Shown here: piece by piece, positions 14,631 to 31,100 of the stretch
Layout of the letters: each line of letters starts with the position of its first letter
Position numbering within the stretch: position 1 is the first letter of the stretch
From: Eledone cirrhosa
Lineage: Eukaryota
Direction of reading: 5' to 3'
Length of the DNA: 64,000 bases
NCBI GenBank assembly: GCA_964016885.1
Contig: OZ024743.1
Span: 210,738,001-210,802,000 of the forward strand
Translations under genes and position numbers: made by a program
Notes under the pieces: generated by a model
What the model saw: the letters and a program-made list of their open reading frames with translations, nothing else
Database searches by the model: none
What the model was told of the DNA's origin: nothing

Positions 14631-17600
14631 ACACATGAAACTCTTCACTCCATAGGATATACCACAGTTTACCATCCTATAGCCACACATGAATGCTCTT
14701 CACTCCATAGGATATACCACAGTTTACCATCCTATAGCCATACATGAAAGCTCTTCAGTCCATAAGATATACCACAGTTTACCATCCTATAGCCACAGAT
14801 GAAAGCTCTTCACTCCATAAGATATACTACAGTTTACCATCCTATAGTCAGATGAAAGCTCTTCACTCCATAAGATATAGCACAGTTTACCATCCTAGAG
14901 CCACAGATGAAAGCTCTTCACTCCATAAGATATACCACAGTTTACCATCCTATAGCCACACATGAAAGCTCTTCACTCCATAAGATATACCACAGTTTAC
15001 CATCCTATAGCCAGATAAAAGCTCTTCACTCCATAAATATATCACACTTTACCATCCTATAGCCACAGATGAAAGCTATTCACTCCATAAGATATACCAC
15101 AGTTTACCATCCTATAGCCACACATGAAAACTCTTCACTCCATAAGATATACCACAGTTTACCATCCTGTAGCCAGATGAAAGCTCTTCATTCCATAAGA
15201 TATACCACAGTTTACCATCCTATAGCCACACATGAAAGCTCTTCACTCCATAAGATATACCACAGTTTACCATCCTATAGGCAGATGAAAACTCTTCACT
15301 CCATAAGATATACCACAGTTTACCACCCTATAGCCAGATGAAAGCTCTTCACTCCATAAGATATACCAGTTTACCATCCTATAGCCACAGATGAAAGCTC
15401 TTCGCTCCATAAGATATACCACAGTTTACCACCCTATAGCCAGATGAAAGATCTTCACTCCATAAGATATACCAGTTTACCATCCTATAGCCACAGATGA
15501 AAGCTCTTCACTCCATAAGATATACCACAGTTTACCATCCTATAGCCACAGATGAAAGCTCTTCACTCCATAAGATATACCACAGTTGACCACCCTATAG
15601 TCAGATGAAAGCTCTTCACTCCATAAGATATACCAGAGTTTACCATCCTATAGCCACACATGAAAGCTCTTCACTCCATAAGATATACCACAGTTTACCA
15701 TCATATAGCCACAGATGAATGCACATCACTCCATAAGATATACCACAGTTTACCATCCTATAGCCACAGATGAAAGCTCTTCACCCCATAAGATATACCA
15801 CAGTTTACCATCCTATAGCCACAGATGAAAGCTCTTTGCTCCATAAGATATACCACAGATTACCATCCTGTAGCCAGATGAAAGCTCTTCACTCCATAAG
15901 ATATACCACAGTTTACCATCCTATAGCTACACATTAAAGCTCTTCACTCCATAAGATATACCACAGTTTACCAACCTATAGCCACAGATGAAAGCTCTTC
16001 ACTCCATAAGTTATACCACAGTTTACCATCCTATAGCCAGATGAAAGCTCTTCACGCCATAAGATATACCAGTTTACCATCATATAGCCACAGATGAAAG
16101 CTCTTCACTCCATAAGATATACCACAGTTTACCATCCTATAGCCAGATGAAAGCTCTTCACTCCATAAGATATACCACATTCTACCATCCTATAGCCAGA
16201 TGAAACCCTTCACTCCATAAGATATACCACAGTTTACCATCCTATAGCCACAGATGAAAGCTCTTCACTCCATAAGATATACCACAGTTTACCATCCTAT
16301 GGCCACAGATGAAAGCTCATCACTCCATAAGATATACCACAGTTTACCATCCTATAGCCACACATGAAAGCTCTTCACTCCATAATATATACCACAGTTT
16401 ACCATCCGATAGCGAGATGAAAGCTCTTCACTCCATAAGATATACCACAGTTTACCATCCTATAGCCACACATGAAAGCTCTTCACTCCATAAGATATAC
16501 CACAGTTTACCATCCTATAGCCACAGATGAAAGCTCTTCACTCCATAAGATATACCACAGTTTACCATCCTATAGCCACACATGAATGCTCTTCACTCCA
16601 TAGGATATACCACAGTTTACCATCCTATAGCCATACATGAAAGCTCTTCAGTCCATAAGATATACCACAGTTTACCATCCTATAGCCACAGATGAAAGCT
16701 CTTCACTCCATAAGATATACTACAGCTTACCATCCTATAGCCAGATGAAAGCTCTTCACTCCATAAGATATAGCACAGTTTACCAGCCTATAGCCACAGA
16801 TGAAAGCTCTTCACTCCATAAGATATACCACAGTTTACCATCCTATTGCCACAGATGAAAGCTCTTCGCTCCATAAGATATACCACAGTTTACCACCCTA
16901 TAGCCAGATGGAAGATCTTCACTCCATAAGATATACCAGTTTACCATCCTATAGCCACAGATGAAAGCTCTTCACTCCATAAGATATACCACAGTTTACC
17001 ATCCTATAGCCACAGATGAAAGCTCTTCACTCCATAAGATATACCAGTTTACCATCCTATAGCCACAGATGAAAGCTCTTCACTCCATAAGATATACCAC
17101 AGTTTACCACCCTATAGCCAGATGAAAGCTCTTCACTCCATAAGATATACCAGAGTTTACCATCCTATAGCCACACATGAAAGCTCTTCATTCCATAAGA
17201 TATACCACAGTTTACCATCATATAGCCACAGATGAATGCACATCACTCCATAAGATATACCACAGTTTACCATCCTATAGCCACAGATGAAAGCTCTTCA
17301 CCCCATAAGATATACCACAGTTTACCATCCTATAGCCACAGATGAAAGCTCTTTGCTCCATAAGATATACCACAGTTTACCATCCTATAGCCACACATGA
17401 AAGCTCTTCACTCCATAAGATATACCACAGTTTAACATACTATAGCCACACATGAAAGCTCTTCACTCCATGAGATATACCACAGTTTACCATCCTGTAG
17501 CCAGATGAAAGCTCTTTACTCTATAAGATATACCACAGTTTACCATCCTATAGCCAGATGAAAGCTCTTCACTCCATAAGATATACCACAGATTACCATC

Positions 17601-20600
17601 CTGTAGCCAGATGAAAGCTCTTCACTCCATAAGATATACAACAGTTTACCAACCTATAGCCACAGATGAAAGCTCTTCACTCCATAAGATATACCACAGT
17701 TTACCATCCTATAGCCAGATGAAAGCTCTTCACTCCATAAGATATACCACATTTACCATACTATAGCCACACATTAAAGCTCTTCACTCCATAAGATATA
17801 CCACAGTTTACCAACCTATAGCCACAGATGAAAGCTCTTCACTCCATAAGTTATACCACAGTTTACCATCCTATAGCCAGATGAAAGCTCTTCACTCCAT
17901 AAGATATACCAGTTTACCATCATATAGCCACAGATGAAAGCTCTTCACTCCATAAGATATACCACAGTTTACCATCCTATAGCCAGATGAAAGCTCTTCA
18001 CTCCATAAGATATAACACATTCTACCATCCTATAGCCAGATGAAACACTTCACTCCATAAGATATACCACAGTTTACCATCCTATAGCCACAGATGAAAG
18101 CTCTTCACTCCATAAGATATACCACAGTTTACCATCCTATGGCCACAGATGAAAGCTCTTCACTCCATAAGATATACCACAGTTTACCATCCTATAGCCA
18201 CACATGAAACTCTTCACTCCATAGGATATACCACAGTTTACCATCCTATAGCCACACATGAATGCTCTTCACTCCATAGGATATACCACAGTTTACCATC
18301 CTATAGCCATACATGAAAGCTCTTCAGTCCATAAGATATACCACAGTTTACCATCCTATAGCCACAGATGAAAGCTCTTCACTCCATAAGATATACTACA
18401 GTTTACCATCCTATAGTCAGATGAAAGCTCTTCACTCCATAAGATATAGCACAGTTTACCATCCTAGAGCCACAGATGAAAGCTCTTCACTCCATAAGAT
18501 ATACCACAGTTTACCATCCTATAGCCACACATGAAAGCTCTTCACTCCATAAGATATACCACAGTTTACCATCCTATAGCCAGATGAAAGCTCTTCACTC
18601 CATAAATATATCACACTTTACCATCCTATAGCCACAGATGAAAGCTATTCACTCCATAAGATATACCACAGTTTACCATCCTATAGCCACACATGAACAC
18701 TCTTCACTCCATAAGATATACCACAGTTTACCATCCTGTAGCCAGATGAAAGCTCTTCATTCCATAAGATATACCACAGTTTACCATCCTATAGCCACAC
18801 ATGAAAGCTCTTCACTCCATAAGATATACCAGTTTACCATCCTATAGCCACAGATGAAAGCTCTTCGCTCCATAAGATATACCACAGTTTACCACCCTAT
18901 AGCCAGATGAAAGATCTTCACTCCATAAGATATACCAGTTTACCATCCTATAGCCACAGATGAAAGCTCTTCACTCCATAAGATATACCACAGTTTACCA
19001 TCCTATAGCCACAGATGAAAGCTCTTCACTCCATAAGATATACCAGTTTACCATCCTATAGCCACAGATGAAAGCTCTTCACTCCATAAGATATACCACA
19101 GTTTACCACCCTATAGTCAGATGAAAGCTCTTCACTCCATAAGATATACCAGAGTTTACCATCCTATAGCCACAGATGAATGCACATCACTCCATAAGAT
19201 ATACCACAGTTTACCATCCTATAGCCACAGATGAAAGCTCTTCACCCCATAAGATATACCACAGTTTACCATCCTATAGCCACAGATGAAAGCTCTTTGC
19301 TCCATAAGATATACCACAGTTTACCATCCTATAGCCACACATGAAAGCTCTTCACTCCATAAGATATACCACAGTTTAACATCCTATAGCCACACATGAA
19401 AGCTCTTCACTCCATAAGATATACCACAGTTTACCATCCTGTAGCCAGATGAAAGCTCTTCACTCCATAAGATATACCACAGTTTACCATCCTATAGCCA
19501 GATGAAAGCTCTTCACTCCATAAGATATACCACAGATTACCATCCTGTAGCCAGATGAAAGCTCTTCACTCCATAAGATATACAACAGTTTACCAACCTA
19601 TAGCCACAGATGAAAGCTCTTCACTCCATAAGATATACCACAGTTTACCATCCTATAGCCAGATGAAAGCTCTTCACTCCATAAGATATACCACAGTTTA
19701 CCATCCTATAGCCACACATTAAAGCTCTTCACTCCATAAGATATACCACAGTTTACCAACCTATAGCCACAGATGAAAGCTCTTCACTCCATAAGTTATA
19801 CCACAGTTTACCATCCTATAGCCAGATGAAAGCTCTTCACGCCATAAGATATACCAGTTTACCATCATATAGCCACAGATGAAAGCTCTTCACTCCATAA
19901 GATATACCACAGTTTACCATCCTATAGCCAGATGAAAGCTCTTCACTCCATAAGATATACCACATTCTACCATCCTATAGCCAGATGAAACCCTTCACTC
20001 CATAAGATATACCACAGTTTACCATCCTATAGCCACAGATGAAAGCTCTTCACTCCATAAGATATACCACAGTTTACCATCCTATGGCCACAGATGAAAG
20101 CTCATCACTCCATAAGATATACCACAGTTTACCATCCTATAGCCACACATGAAAGCTCTTCACTCCATAAGATATACCATAGTTTACCATCCTATAGCCA
20201 TACATGAAAGCTCTTCAGTCCATAAGATATACCACAGTTTACCATCCTATAGCCACACATGAAAGCTCTTCACTCCATAAGATATACCATAGTTTACCAT
20301 CCTATAGCCATACATGAAAGCTCTTCACTCCATAAGATATACCACAGTTTACCATCCTATAGCCATGCATGAAAGCTCTTCAGTCCATAAGATATACCAC
20401 AGTTTACCATCCTATAGCCACAGATGAAAGCTCTTCACTCCATAATATATACCACAGTTTACCATCCGATAGCGAGATGAAAGCTCTTCACTCCATAAGA
20501 TATACCACAGTTTACCATCCTATAGCCACACATGAAAGCTCTTCACTCCATAAGATATACCACAGTTTACCATCCTATAGCCACAGATGAAAGCTCTTCA

Positions 20601-21145
20601 CTCCATAAGATATACCACAGTTTACCATCCTATGGCCACACATGAAAGCTCTTCACACCATAAGATATACCACAGTTTACCATCCTATAGCCACACATGA
20701 AACTCTTCACTCCATAGGATATACCACAGTTTACCATCCTATAGCCACACATGAATGCTCTTCACTCCATAGGATATACCACAGTTTACCATCCTATAGC
20801 CACACATGAATGCTCTTCACTCCATAGGATATACCACAGTTTACCATCCTATAGCCATACATGAAAGCTCTTCAGTCCATAAGATATACCACAGTTTACC
20901 ATCCTATAGCCACAGATGAAAGCTCTTCACTCCATAAGATATACTACAGCTTACCATCCTATAGCCAGATGAAAGCTCTTCACTCCATAAGATATAGCAC
21001 AGTTTACCAGCCTATAGCCACAGATGAAAGCTCTTCACTCCATAAGATATACCACAGTTTACCATCCTATTGCCACACATGAAAGCTCTTCACTCCATAA
21101 GATATACCACAGTTTACCATCCTATAGCCACACATGAAAGCTCTT
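14630..21145. repeat. HOR block C with private variants and ~1.9 kb / 3.57 kb periodicity
   Basis: ORF offsets are 3569 (14744/18313, 15069/18638) and 1893 (14744/16637). Private variants are CTTTGCTCC (~15834, 17351, 19295), CTTCGCTCC (~15400, 16864, 18863), CCGATAGCGAG (~16406, 20466) and CATTAAAGC (~15932, 17772, 19717). Confidence 0.85.
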
Positions 21146-24100
21146 CACTCCATAAGATATACCACAGTTTACCATCCTATAGCCAGAGATGAAAGCTCTT
21201 CACTCCATAAGATATACCACAGTTTACCATCCTATGGCCACACATGAAAGCTCTTCACTCCATAGGATATACCACAGTTTACCATCCTATAGCCACACAT
21301 GAAAGCTCTTCACTCCATAACCATAGTTTACCATTCTATAGCCACACATGAAAGCTCTTCACTCCATAAGATATACCACAGTTTACCATCCTATAGCCAC
21401 AGATGAAAGCTCTTTACACCATGAGATATACCACAGTTTACCATCGTATAGCCACAGATGAAAACTCTTCAGTCCATAAGATATACCACAGTTTACCATC
21501 CTATGGCCACACATGAAAGCTCTTCACCCGTAAGATATACCACAGTTTACCATCCTTTCGCAAGATGAAAGCTCTTCACTCCATAGGATATACCACAGTT
21601 TACCATCCTATAGCCACCCATGAAAGCTCTTCACTCCATAAGATATACCACAGTTTACCATCATATGGCCACACATCAAAGCTCTTCACCCATGAGATAT
21701 ACCACAGTTTACCATCCTGTAGCCAGATGAAAGCTCTTCACTCCATAAGATATACCACAGTTTACCATCCTATAGCTACACATGAAAGCTCTTCACTCCA
21801 TAAGATATACCACAGTCTACCATCCTATGGCCACACATGAAAGCTCTTCACCCATAAGATATACCACAGTTTACCATCCTGTAGCCAGATGAAAGCTCTT
21901 CACTCCATAAGATATACCACAGTTTACCATCCTATAGTCACAGATGAAAGCTCTTCACTCCATAAGATATACCACAGTTTACCATCCTATGGCCACAGAT
22001 GAAAGCTCTTCACTCCATAAGATATACCACAGTTTACCATCCTATAGCCACACATGAAAGCTCTTCACTCCATAAGATATACCACAGTTTACAATCCTAT
22101 AGCCATACATGAAAGCTCTTCAGTCCATAAGATATACCACAGTTTACCATCCTATGGCCACAGATGAAAGCTCTTCACTCCATAATATATATCACAGTTT
22201 ACCATCCTATAGCCACACATGAAAGCTCTTCACTCCATAAGTTATACCACAGTTTACCATCCTATAGCCAGATGAAAGCTCTTCACTCCATAAGATATAC
22301 CACAGTTTACCATCCTATAGCCACAGATGAAAGCTCTTCACTCCATAAGATATACCACAGTTTACCATCCTATAGCCAGATGAAAGCTCTTCACTCCATA
22401 ATATATACCACAGTTTACCATCCTATAGCCACAGATGAAAGCTCTTCACTCCATAAGATATACCACAGTTTACCATCCTATAGCGAGATGAAAGCTCTTC
22501 ACTCCATAAGATATACCACAGTTTACCATCCTATAGCCACAGATGAAAGCTCTTCACTCCATAAGATACACCACAGTTTACCATCATATGGCCACACATG
22601 AAAGCTCTTCACTCCATAGGATATACCACAGTTTACCATCCTATAGCCACACATGAAAGCTCTTCACTCCATAGGATATACCACAGTTTACCATCCTATA
22701 GCCACACATGAACGCTCTTCACCCCATAAGATATACCACAGTTTACAATCCTATAGCCAGATGAAAGCTCTTCACTCCATAAGATATACCACAGTTTACC
22801 ACCCTATAGCCAGATGAAAGCTCTTCACTCCATAAGATATACCAGTTTACCATCCTATAGACAGAGATGAAAGCTCTTCACTCCATAAGATATACCACAG
22901 TTTACCATCCTATAGCCACAGATGAAAACTCTTCACTCCATAAGATATACCAGTTTACCATCCTATAGCCACAGATGAAAGATCTTCACTCCATAAGATA
23001 AACCTCAGTTTACCATCCTATAGCCACACATGAAACTCTTCACTCCATAGGATATACCACAGTTTACCATCCTATAGTCACACATGAAAGCTCTTCACTC
23101 CATCAGATATACCACAGTTTACCATCCTATAGCCACACATGAAAGCTCTTCACTCCATAAGATATACCATAGTTTACCATCCTATAGCCACAGATGAAAG
23201 CTCTTTACTCCATAAGATATACCACAGTTTACCATCCTATAGTCAGATGAAAGCTCATCACTCCATAAGATATACCAGTTTACCATCCTATAGCCACAGA
23301 TGAAAGCTCTTCACTCCATAAGATATACCACAGTTCACCACCCTATAGCCAGATGAAAGCTCTTCACGCCATAAGATATACCACAGTTTACCATCCTATA
23401 GCCACACATGAAAGCTCTTCACTCCATAAGATATACCACAGTTTACCATCGTATGGCCACACATGAAAGCTCTTCACCCATAAGATATACCACAGTTTAC
23501 CATCCTTTCGCAAGAGGAAAGCTCTTCACTCCATAAGATATACCACATTTTACCATCCTATAGCCACACATGAAAGCTCTTCACTCCATAAGATATACCA
23601 TAGTTTATCATTCTATAGCCACACATGAAAGCTCTTCACTCCATAAGATATACCACAGTTTACCATCCTATAGCCACAGATGAAAGCTCTTCACCCCATA
23701 AGATATACCACAGTTTACAATCCTATAGCCAGATGAAAGCTCTTCACTCCATAAGATATACCACAGTTTACAATCCTATAGCCACACATGAAAGCTCTTC
23801 ACTCCATAAGATATACCACAGTTTACCATCCTATGGCCACACATGAAAGCTCTTCACCCCATAAGATATACCACAGTTTACCATCCTGTAGCCAGATGAA
23901 AGCTCTTCACTCCATAAGATATACCACAGTTTACCATCCTATAGCCACACATGGAAGCTCTTCACTCCATAAGATATACCACAGTTTACCATCCTATGGC
24001 CACACATGAAAGCTCTTCACTCCATAAGATATACACCAGTTTACCATCCTATAGCCACACATGAAATCTCTTCACTCCATAGGAGATACCTCAGTTTACC

Positions 24101-25640
24101 AACCTATAGCCACAGATGAAACTCGTCACTCCATAAGATTTACCACAGTCTACCATCCTATTGCCATACATGAAAGCTCTTCACTCCATAAGATATACCA
24201 CCTTTTACCATCCTATAGCTACAGATGAAAGCTCTTCACTCCATAAGATATACCAGTTTACCATCCTATAGCCACACATGAAAGGTCTTCACTCCATAAG
24301 ATAAACCTCAGTTTACCATCCTATAGCCACACATGAAACACTTCACTCCATAGGATATACCACAGTTTACCATCCTATAGCCACACATGAAAGCTCTTCA
24401 CTCCATCAGATATACCACAGTTTACCATCCTATAGCCACACATGAAAGCTCTTCACTCCATAAGATATACCATAGTTTACCATCCTATAGCCACAGATGA
24501 AAGCTCTTCACTCCATAAGATAAATCACAGTTTACCATCCTATAGTCAGATGAAAGCTCTTCACTCCATAAGATATACCAGTTTACCATCCTATAGCCAC
24601 AGATGAAAGCTCTTCACTCCATAAGATATACCACAGTTCACCACCCTATAGCCAGATGAAAGCTCTTAACTCCATAAGATATACCACAGTTTACCATCCT
24701 ATAGCCACACATGAAAGCTCTTCACTCCTTAAGATATACCACAGTTTACCATCCTATGGCCACACATGAAAGCTCTTCACCCATAAGATATACCACAGTT
24801 TACCATCCTTTCGCAAGTGGAAAGCTCTTCACTCCATAAGATATACCACATTTTACCATCCTATAGCCACACATGAAAGCTCTTCATTCTATAAGATATA
24901 CCAGAGTTTACCATCCTATAGCCACACATGAAAGCTCTTCACTCCATAAGATATACCTCAGTTTACCAACCTATAGCCACAGATGAAACTCTTCACTCCA
25001 TAAGATATACCACAGTTTACCATCCTATAGCCAGATGAAAACTCTTCACTCCATAAGATATACCACAGTTTACCACCCTATAGCCAGATGAAAGCTCTTC
25101 ACTCCATAAGATATACCAGTTTACCATCCTATAGCCACAGATGAAAGCTCTTCACTCCATAAGATATACCACAGTCTACCATCCTATAGCCACAGATGAA
25201 AGCTCTTCACTCCATAAGATATATCAGTTTACCATCCTATAGCCACAGATGAAAGCTCTTCACTCCATAAGATATACCACAGTTCACCACCCTATAGCCA
25301 GATGAAAGCTCTTCACTCCATAAGATATACCACAGTTTACCATCCTATAGCCACACATGAAACTCTTCACTCCATAAGATATACCACAGTTTACCATCAT
25401 ATAGCCACAGATGAATGCACATCACTCTATAAGATATACCACAGTTTGCCATCCTATAGCCACAGATGAAAGCTCTTCACCCCATAAGATATACCACAGT
25501 TTATCATCCTATAGCCACAGAAGAAAGCTCTTCACTCCATAGGATATACCACAGTTTAACATCCTATAGCCACACATGAAAGCTCTTCACTCCATAAGAT
25601 ATACCACAGTTTACCATCCTGTAGCCAGATGAAAGCTCTT
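21146..25640. repeat. HOR block A' (copy 2 of 1-4600)
   Basis: Same variant succession as block A at offset 21145, then 21037. It departs from copy 1 at ~25645 (CATAGGATATACCACAGTTTTCC). Confidence 0.93.
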
Positions 25641-28600
25641 CACTCCATAGGATATACCACAGTTTTCCATCCTATAGCCACACATGAAAGCTCTTCACTC
25701 CATAAGATATACCATAGTTTACCATCCTATAGCCACAGATGAAAGCTCTTCACTCCATAAGATATACCACAGTTTACCACCCTATAGTCAGATGAAAGCT
25801 CTTCACTCCATAAGATATACCAGTTTACCATCCTATAGCCACAGATGAAAGCTCTTCACTCCATAAGATATACCACAGTTTACCATCCTATAGCCACACA
25901 TGAAAGCTCTTCACTCCATAAGATATACCACAGTTTACCATCCTATGGCCACACATGAAAGCTCTTCACCCATAAGATATACCACAGTTTATCATCCTTT
26001 CGCAAGAGGAAAACTCTTCACTCCATAAGATATACCACATTTTACCATCCTATAGCCACACATGAAAGCTCTTCACTCCATAAGATATACCACAGTTTAC
26101 CATCCTATAGCCACACATGAAAGCTCTTCACTCCATAAGATATACAACAGTTTACCATCCTGTAGCCAGATGAAAGCTCTTCATTCTATAAGATATACCA
26201 GAGTTTACCATCCTATAGCCACACATGAAAGCTCTTCACTCCATAAGATATACCATAGTTTATCATTCTATAGCCACACATGAAAGCTCTTCACCCCATA
26301 AGATATACCACAGTTTACAATCCTATAGCCAGATGAAAGCTCTTCACTCCATAAGATATACCACACTTTACCATCCTATAGCCACAGATGAAAGCTCTTC
26401 ACTCCATAAGATATACCACAGTTTACCATCCTATGGCCACACATGAAAGCTCTTCACCCCATAAGATATACCACAGTTTACCATCCTATAGCCACAGATG
26501 AAAGCTCTTCACTCCATAAGATATACCAGTTTACCATCCTATGGCCACACATGAAAGCTATTCACCCATAAGATATACCACAGTTTACCATCCTGTAGCC
26601 AGATGAAAGCTCTTCACTCCATAAGATATACCACAGTTTACCATCCTATAGCCACACATGAAAGGTCTTCACTCCATAAGATATACCACAGTTTACCATC
26701 CTATGTCCACACATGAAAGCTCTTCACCCATAAGATATACCACAGTTTACCATCCTGTAGCCAGATGAAAGCTCTTCACTCCATAAGATATACCACAGTT
26801 TACCATCCTATAGCCACACATGAAAGCTCTTCACTCCATAAGATATACCACAGTTTACCATCCTATGGCCACACATGAAAGCTCTTCACCCATAAGATAT
26901 ACCACAGTTTACCATCCTGTAGCCAGATGAAGGCTCCTCACTCCATAAGATATACACCAGTTTACGAACCTATAGCCACAGATGAAACTCGTCACTCCAT
27001 AAGATTTACCACAGTCTACCATCCTATTGCCATACATGAAAGCTCTTCACTCCATAAGATATACCACCTTTTACCACCCTATAGCTACAGATGAAATCTC
27101 TTCACTCCATAAGATATACCACAGTTTACCACCCTATAGCCAGATGAAAGCTCTTCACTCCATAAGATATACCAGTTTACCATCCTATAGCCAGAGATGA
27201 AAGCTCTTCACTCCATAAGATATACCACAGTTTACCATCCTATAGCCACAGATGAAAGCTCTTCACTCCATAAGATATACCAGTTTACCATCCTATAGCC
27301 ACACATGAAAGATCTTCACTCCATAAGATAAACCTCAGTTTACCATCCTATAGCCACACATGAAACACTTCACTCCATAGGATATACCACAGTTTACCAT
27401 CCTATAGCCACACATGAAAGCTCTTCACTCCATCAGATATACCACAGTTTACCATCCTATAGCCACACATGAAAGCTCTTCACTCCATAAGATATACTAT
27501 AGTTTACCATCCTATAGCCACAGATGAAAGCTCTTCACTCCATAAGATATACCACAGTTTACCATCCTATAGTCAGATGAAAGCTCTTCACTCCATAAGA
27601 TATACCAGTTTACCATCCTATAGCCACAGATGAAAGCTCTTCACTCCATAAGATATACCACAGTTCACCACCCTATAGCCAGATGAAAGCTCTTCACTCC
27701 ATAAGATATACCACAGTTTACCATCCTATAGCCACATATGAAAGCGCTTGACTCCTTAAGATATACCACAGTTTACCATCCTATGGCCACACATGAAATC
27801 TCTTCACCCATAAGATATACCACAGTTTACCATCCTTTCGCAAGAGGAAAGCTCTTCACTCCATAAGATATACCACATTTTACCATCATATAGCCACACA
27901 TGAAAGCTCTTCACTCCATAAGATATACCACAGTTTACCATCCTATAGCCACACATGAAAGCTCTTCACTCCATAAGATATACCACAGTTTACCAACCTA
28001 TAGCCACAGATGAAACTCTTCACTCCATAAGATATACCACAGTTTACCATCCTATAGCCAGATGAAAACTCTTCACTCCATATGATATACCACAGTTTAC
28101 CACCCTATAGCCAGATGAAAGCTCTTCACTCCATAAGATATACCAGTTTACCATCCTATAGCCACAGATGAAAGCTCTTCACTCCATAAGATATACCACA
28201 GTTTACCATCCTATAGCCACAGATAAAAGCTCTTCACTCCATAAGATATACCAGTTTACCATCCTATAGCCAGAGATGAAAGCTCTTCACTCCATAAGAT
28301 ATACCGCAGTTCACCACCCTATAGCCAGATGAAAGCTCTTCACCCCATAAGATATACAACAGTTTACCATCCTATAGCCACACATGAAACTCTTCAGTCC
28401 ATAAGATATACCACAGTTTACCATCATATAGCCACAGATGAATGCACATCACTCCATAAGATATACCACAGTTTGCCATCCTATAGCCACAGATGAAAGC
28501 TCTTCACCCCATAAGATATACCACAGTTTATCATCCTATAGCCACAGATGAAACTCTTCACTCCATAAGATATACCACAGTTTACCATCCTATAGCCAGA

Positions 28601-31100
28601 TGAAAACTCTTCACTCCATAAGATATACCACAGTTTACCACCCTATAGCCAGATGAAAGCTCTTCACTCCATAAGATATACGAGTTTACCATCCTTTAGC
28701 CACAGATGAAAGCTCTTCACTCCATCAGATATACCACAGTTTACCATCCTATAGCCACAGTTTAAAGCTCCTCACCCCATAAGATATACCACAGTTTACC
28801 ATCATATAGCCATGGATGAATGCTCTTCACTCCATAAGATATACCACAGTTTACCATCCTATAGCCACAGATGAAAGCTCTTCACCCCATAAGATATACC
28901 ACAGTTTACCATCCTAGAGCCAGATGAAAGCTCTTCACTCTATAAGATATACCACAGTTTACCATCCTATAGCCACAGATGAAAGCTCCTCACCCCATAA
29001 GATATACCACAGTTTACCATCCTAGAGCCAGATTAAAGCTCTTCACTCCATAAGATATACCACAGTTTACCATCCTATAGCCACAGAAGAAAGCTCTTCA
29101 CTCCATAAGATATACCACAGTTTACCATCCTATAGCCACACATGAAACCTCTTCACTCCATAAGATATACCACAGTTTAACATCCTATAGCCACACATGA
29201 AAGCTCTTCACTCCATAAGATATACCACAGTTTACCATCCTGTAGCCAGATGAAAGCTCTTCACTCCATAAGATATACCACAGTTTACCATCCTATAGCC
29301 ACACATGAAAGCTCTTCACTCCATAAGATATACCACAATTTACCATCCTATGGACACAGATGAAAGCTCTTCACTCCATAAGATATACCACAGTTTACCA
29401 TCCTATAGCCACACATGAAAGTTCTTAACTCCATAAGATATACCACAGTTTACCATCCTATATCCACAGATGAAGGCTCTTCACTCCATAAGATATACCA
29501 CAGTTTACCATCCTATAGCCACAGATGAAAGCTCTTCACCCCATAAGATATACCGCAGTTTACCATCCTAGAGCCAGATGAAATCTCTTCACTCCATAAG
29601 ATATACCACAGTTTACCATCCTAGAGCCACAGATGAAATCTCTTCACTCCATAATATATACCACAGTTTACCACCCTATACCCAGATGAAAGCTCTTCAC
29701 TCCATTAAATATACCACAGCTTACCATCCTATGGCCACACATGAAAGCTCTTCACCCCATAAGATATACCACAGTTTACCATCCTATGGCCACACATGAA
29801 AGCTCTTCACTCCATAAGATATACCACAGTTTACCATCCTATGGCCACACATGAAAGCTCTTCACCCCATAAGATATACCACAGTTTACCATCCTATAGC
29901 CAGATGAAAGCTCTTCACTCCATAACATATACCACAGTCTACCATCCTATAGCCACACATGAAAGATCTTTAACCCATAAGATATGCCACAGTTTACCAT
30001 TCTATAGCCAGATGAAAGCTCTTCACTCCATAAGATATACCACAGTTTACCATCCTATAGCCACACATGAAAGCTCTTCACTCCATAAGATATACCACAG
30101 TTTACCATCCTATATCCACAGATGAAGGCTCTTCACTCCATAAGATATACCACAGTTTACCATCCTATGGCCACACATGAAAGCTCTTCACTCCATAACA
30201 TATACCACACTTTACCATCCTATAGCCACACATGAAAGCTCTTCACTCCATAAGATATACCATAGTTTATCATTCTATAGCCACACATGAAAGCTTTTCA
30301 CTCCATAAGATATACCACAGTTTACCATCCTATAGCCAGATGAAAACTCTTCACTCCATAAGATATACCACAGTTTACCACCCTATAGCCAGATGAAAGC
30401 TCTTCACTCCATAAGATATACGAGTTTACCATCCTTTAGCCACAGATGAAAGCTCTTCACTCCATCAGATATACCACAGTTTACCATCCTATAGCCACAG
30501 TTTAAAGCTCTTCACTCCATAAGATATACCAGTTTACCATCCTAAAGCCACAGGTGAAATCACTTCACTCAATAAGATATACCACAGTTTACCATCCTAT
30601 AGCCACACATGAAAGCTCTTCACTGCATAAGATATACAACAGTTTACCATCATATAGCCATGGATGAATGCTCTTCACTCCATAAGATATACCACAGTTT
30701 ACCATCCTATAGCCACAGATGAAAGCTCTTCACCCCATAAGATATACCACAGTTTACCATCCTAGAGCCAGATGAAAGCTCTTCACTCTATAAGATATAC
30801 CACAGTTTACCATCCTATAGCCACAGATGAAAGCTCCTCACCCCATAAGATATACCACAGTTTACCATCCTAGAGCCAGATTAAAGCTCTTCACTCCATA
30901 AGATATACCACAGTTTACCATCCTATAGCCACAGAAGAAAGCTCTTCACTCCATAAGATATACCACAGTTTACCATCCTATAGCCACACATGAAACCTCT
31001 TCACTCCATAAGATATACCACAGTTTAACATCCTATAGCCACACATGAAAGCTCTTCACTCCATAAGATATACCACAGTTTACCATCCTGTAGCCAGATG
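25640..31100. repeat. Block X, ~5.47 kb present only in super-copy 2; mosaic of A-like and B-like monomer series
   Basis: The offset jumps from 21037 to 26506 (difference 5469). It contains the A-type marker AACTCGTCACTCCATAAGATTTACC (~26986, compare ~2975 and ~24120) and a B-type series from ~28270 resembling ~7410 onward. Confidence 0.8.
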
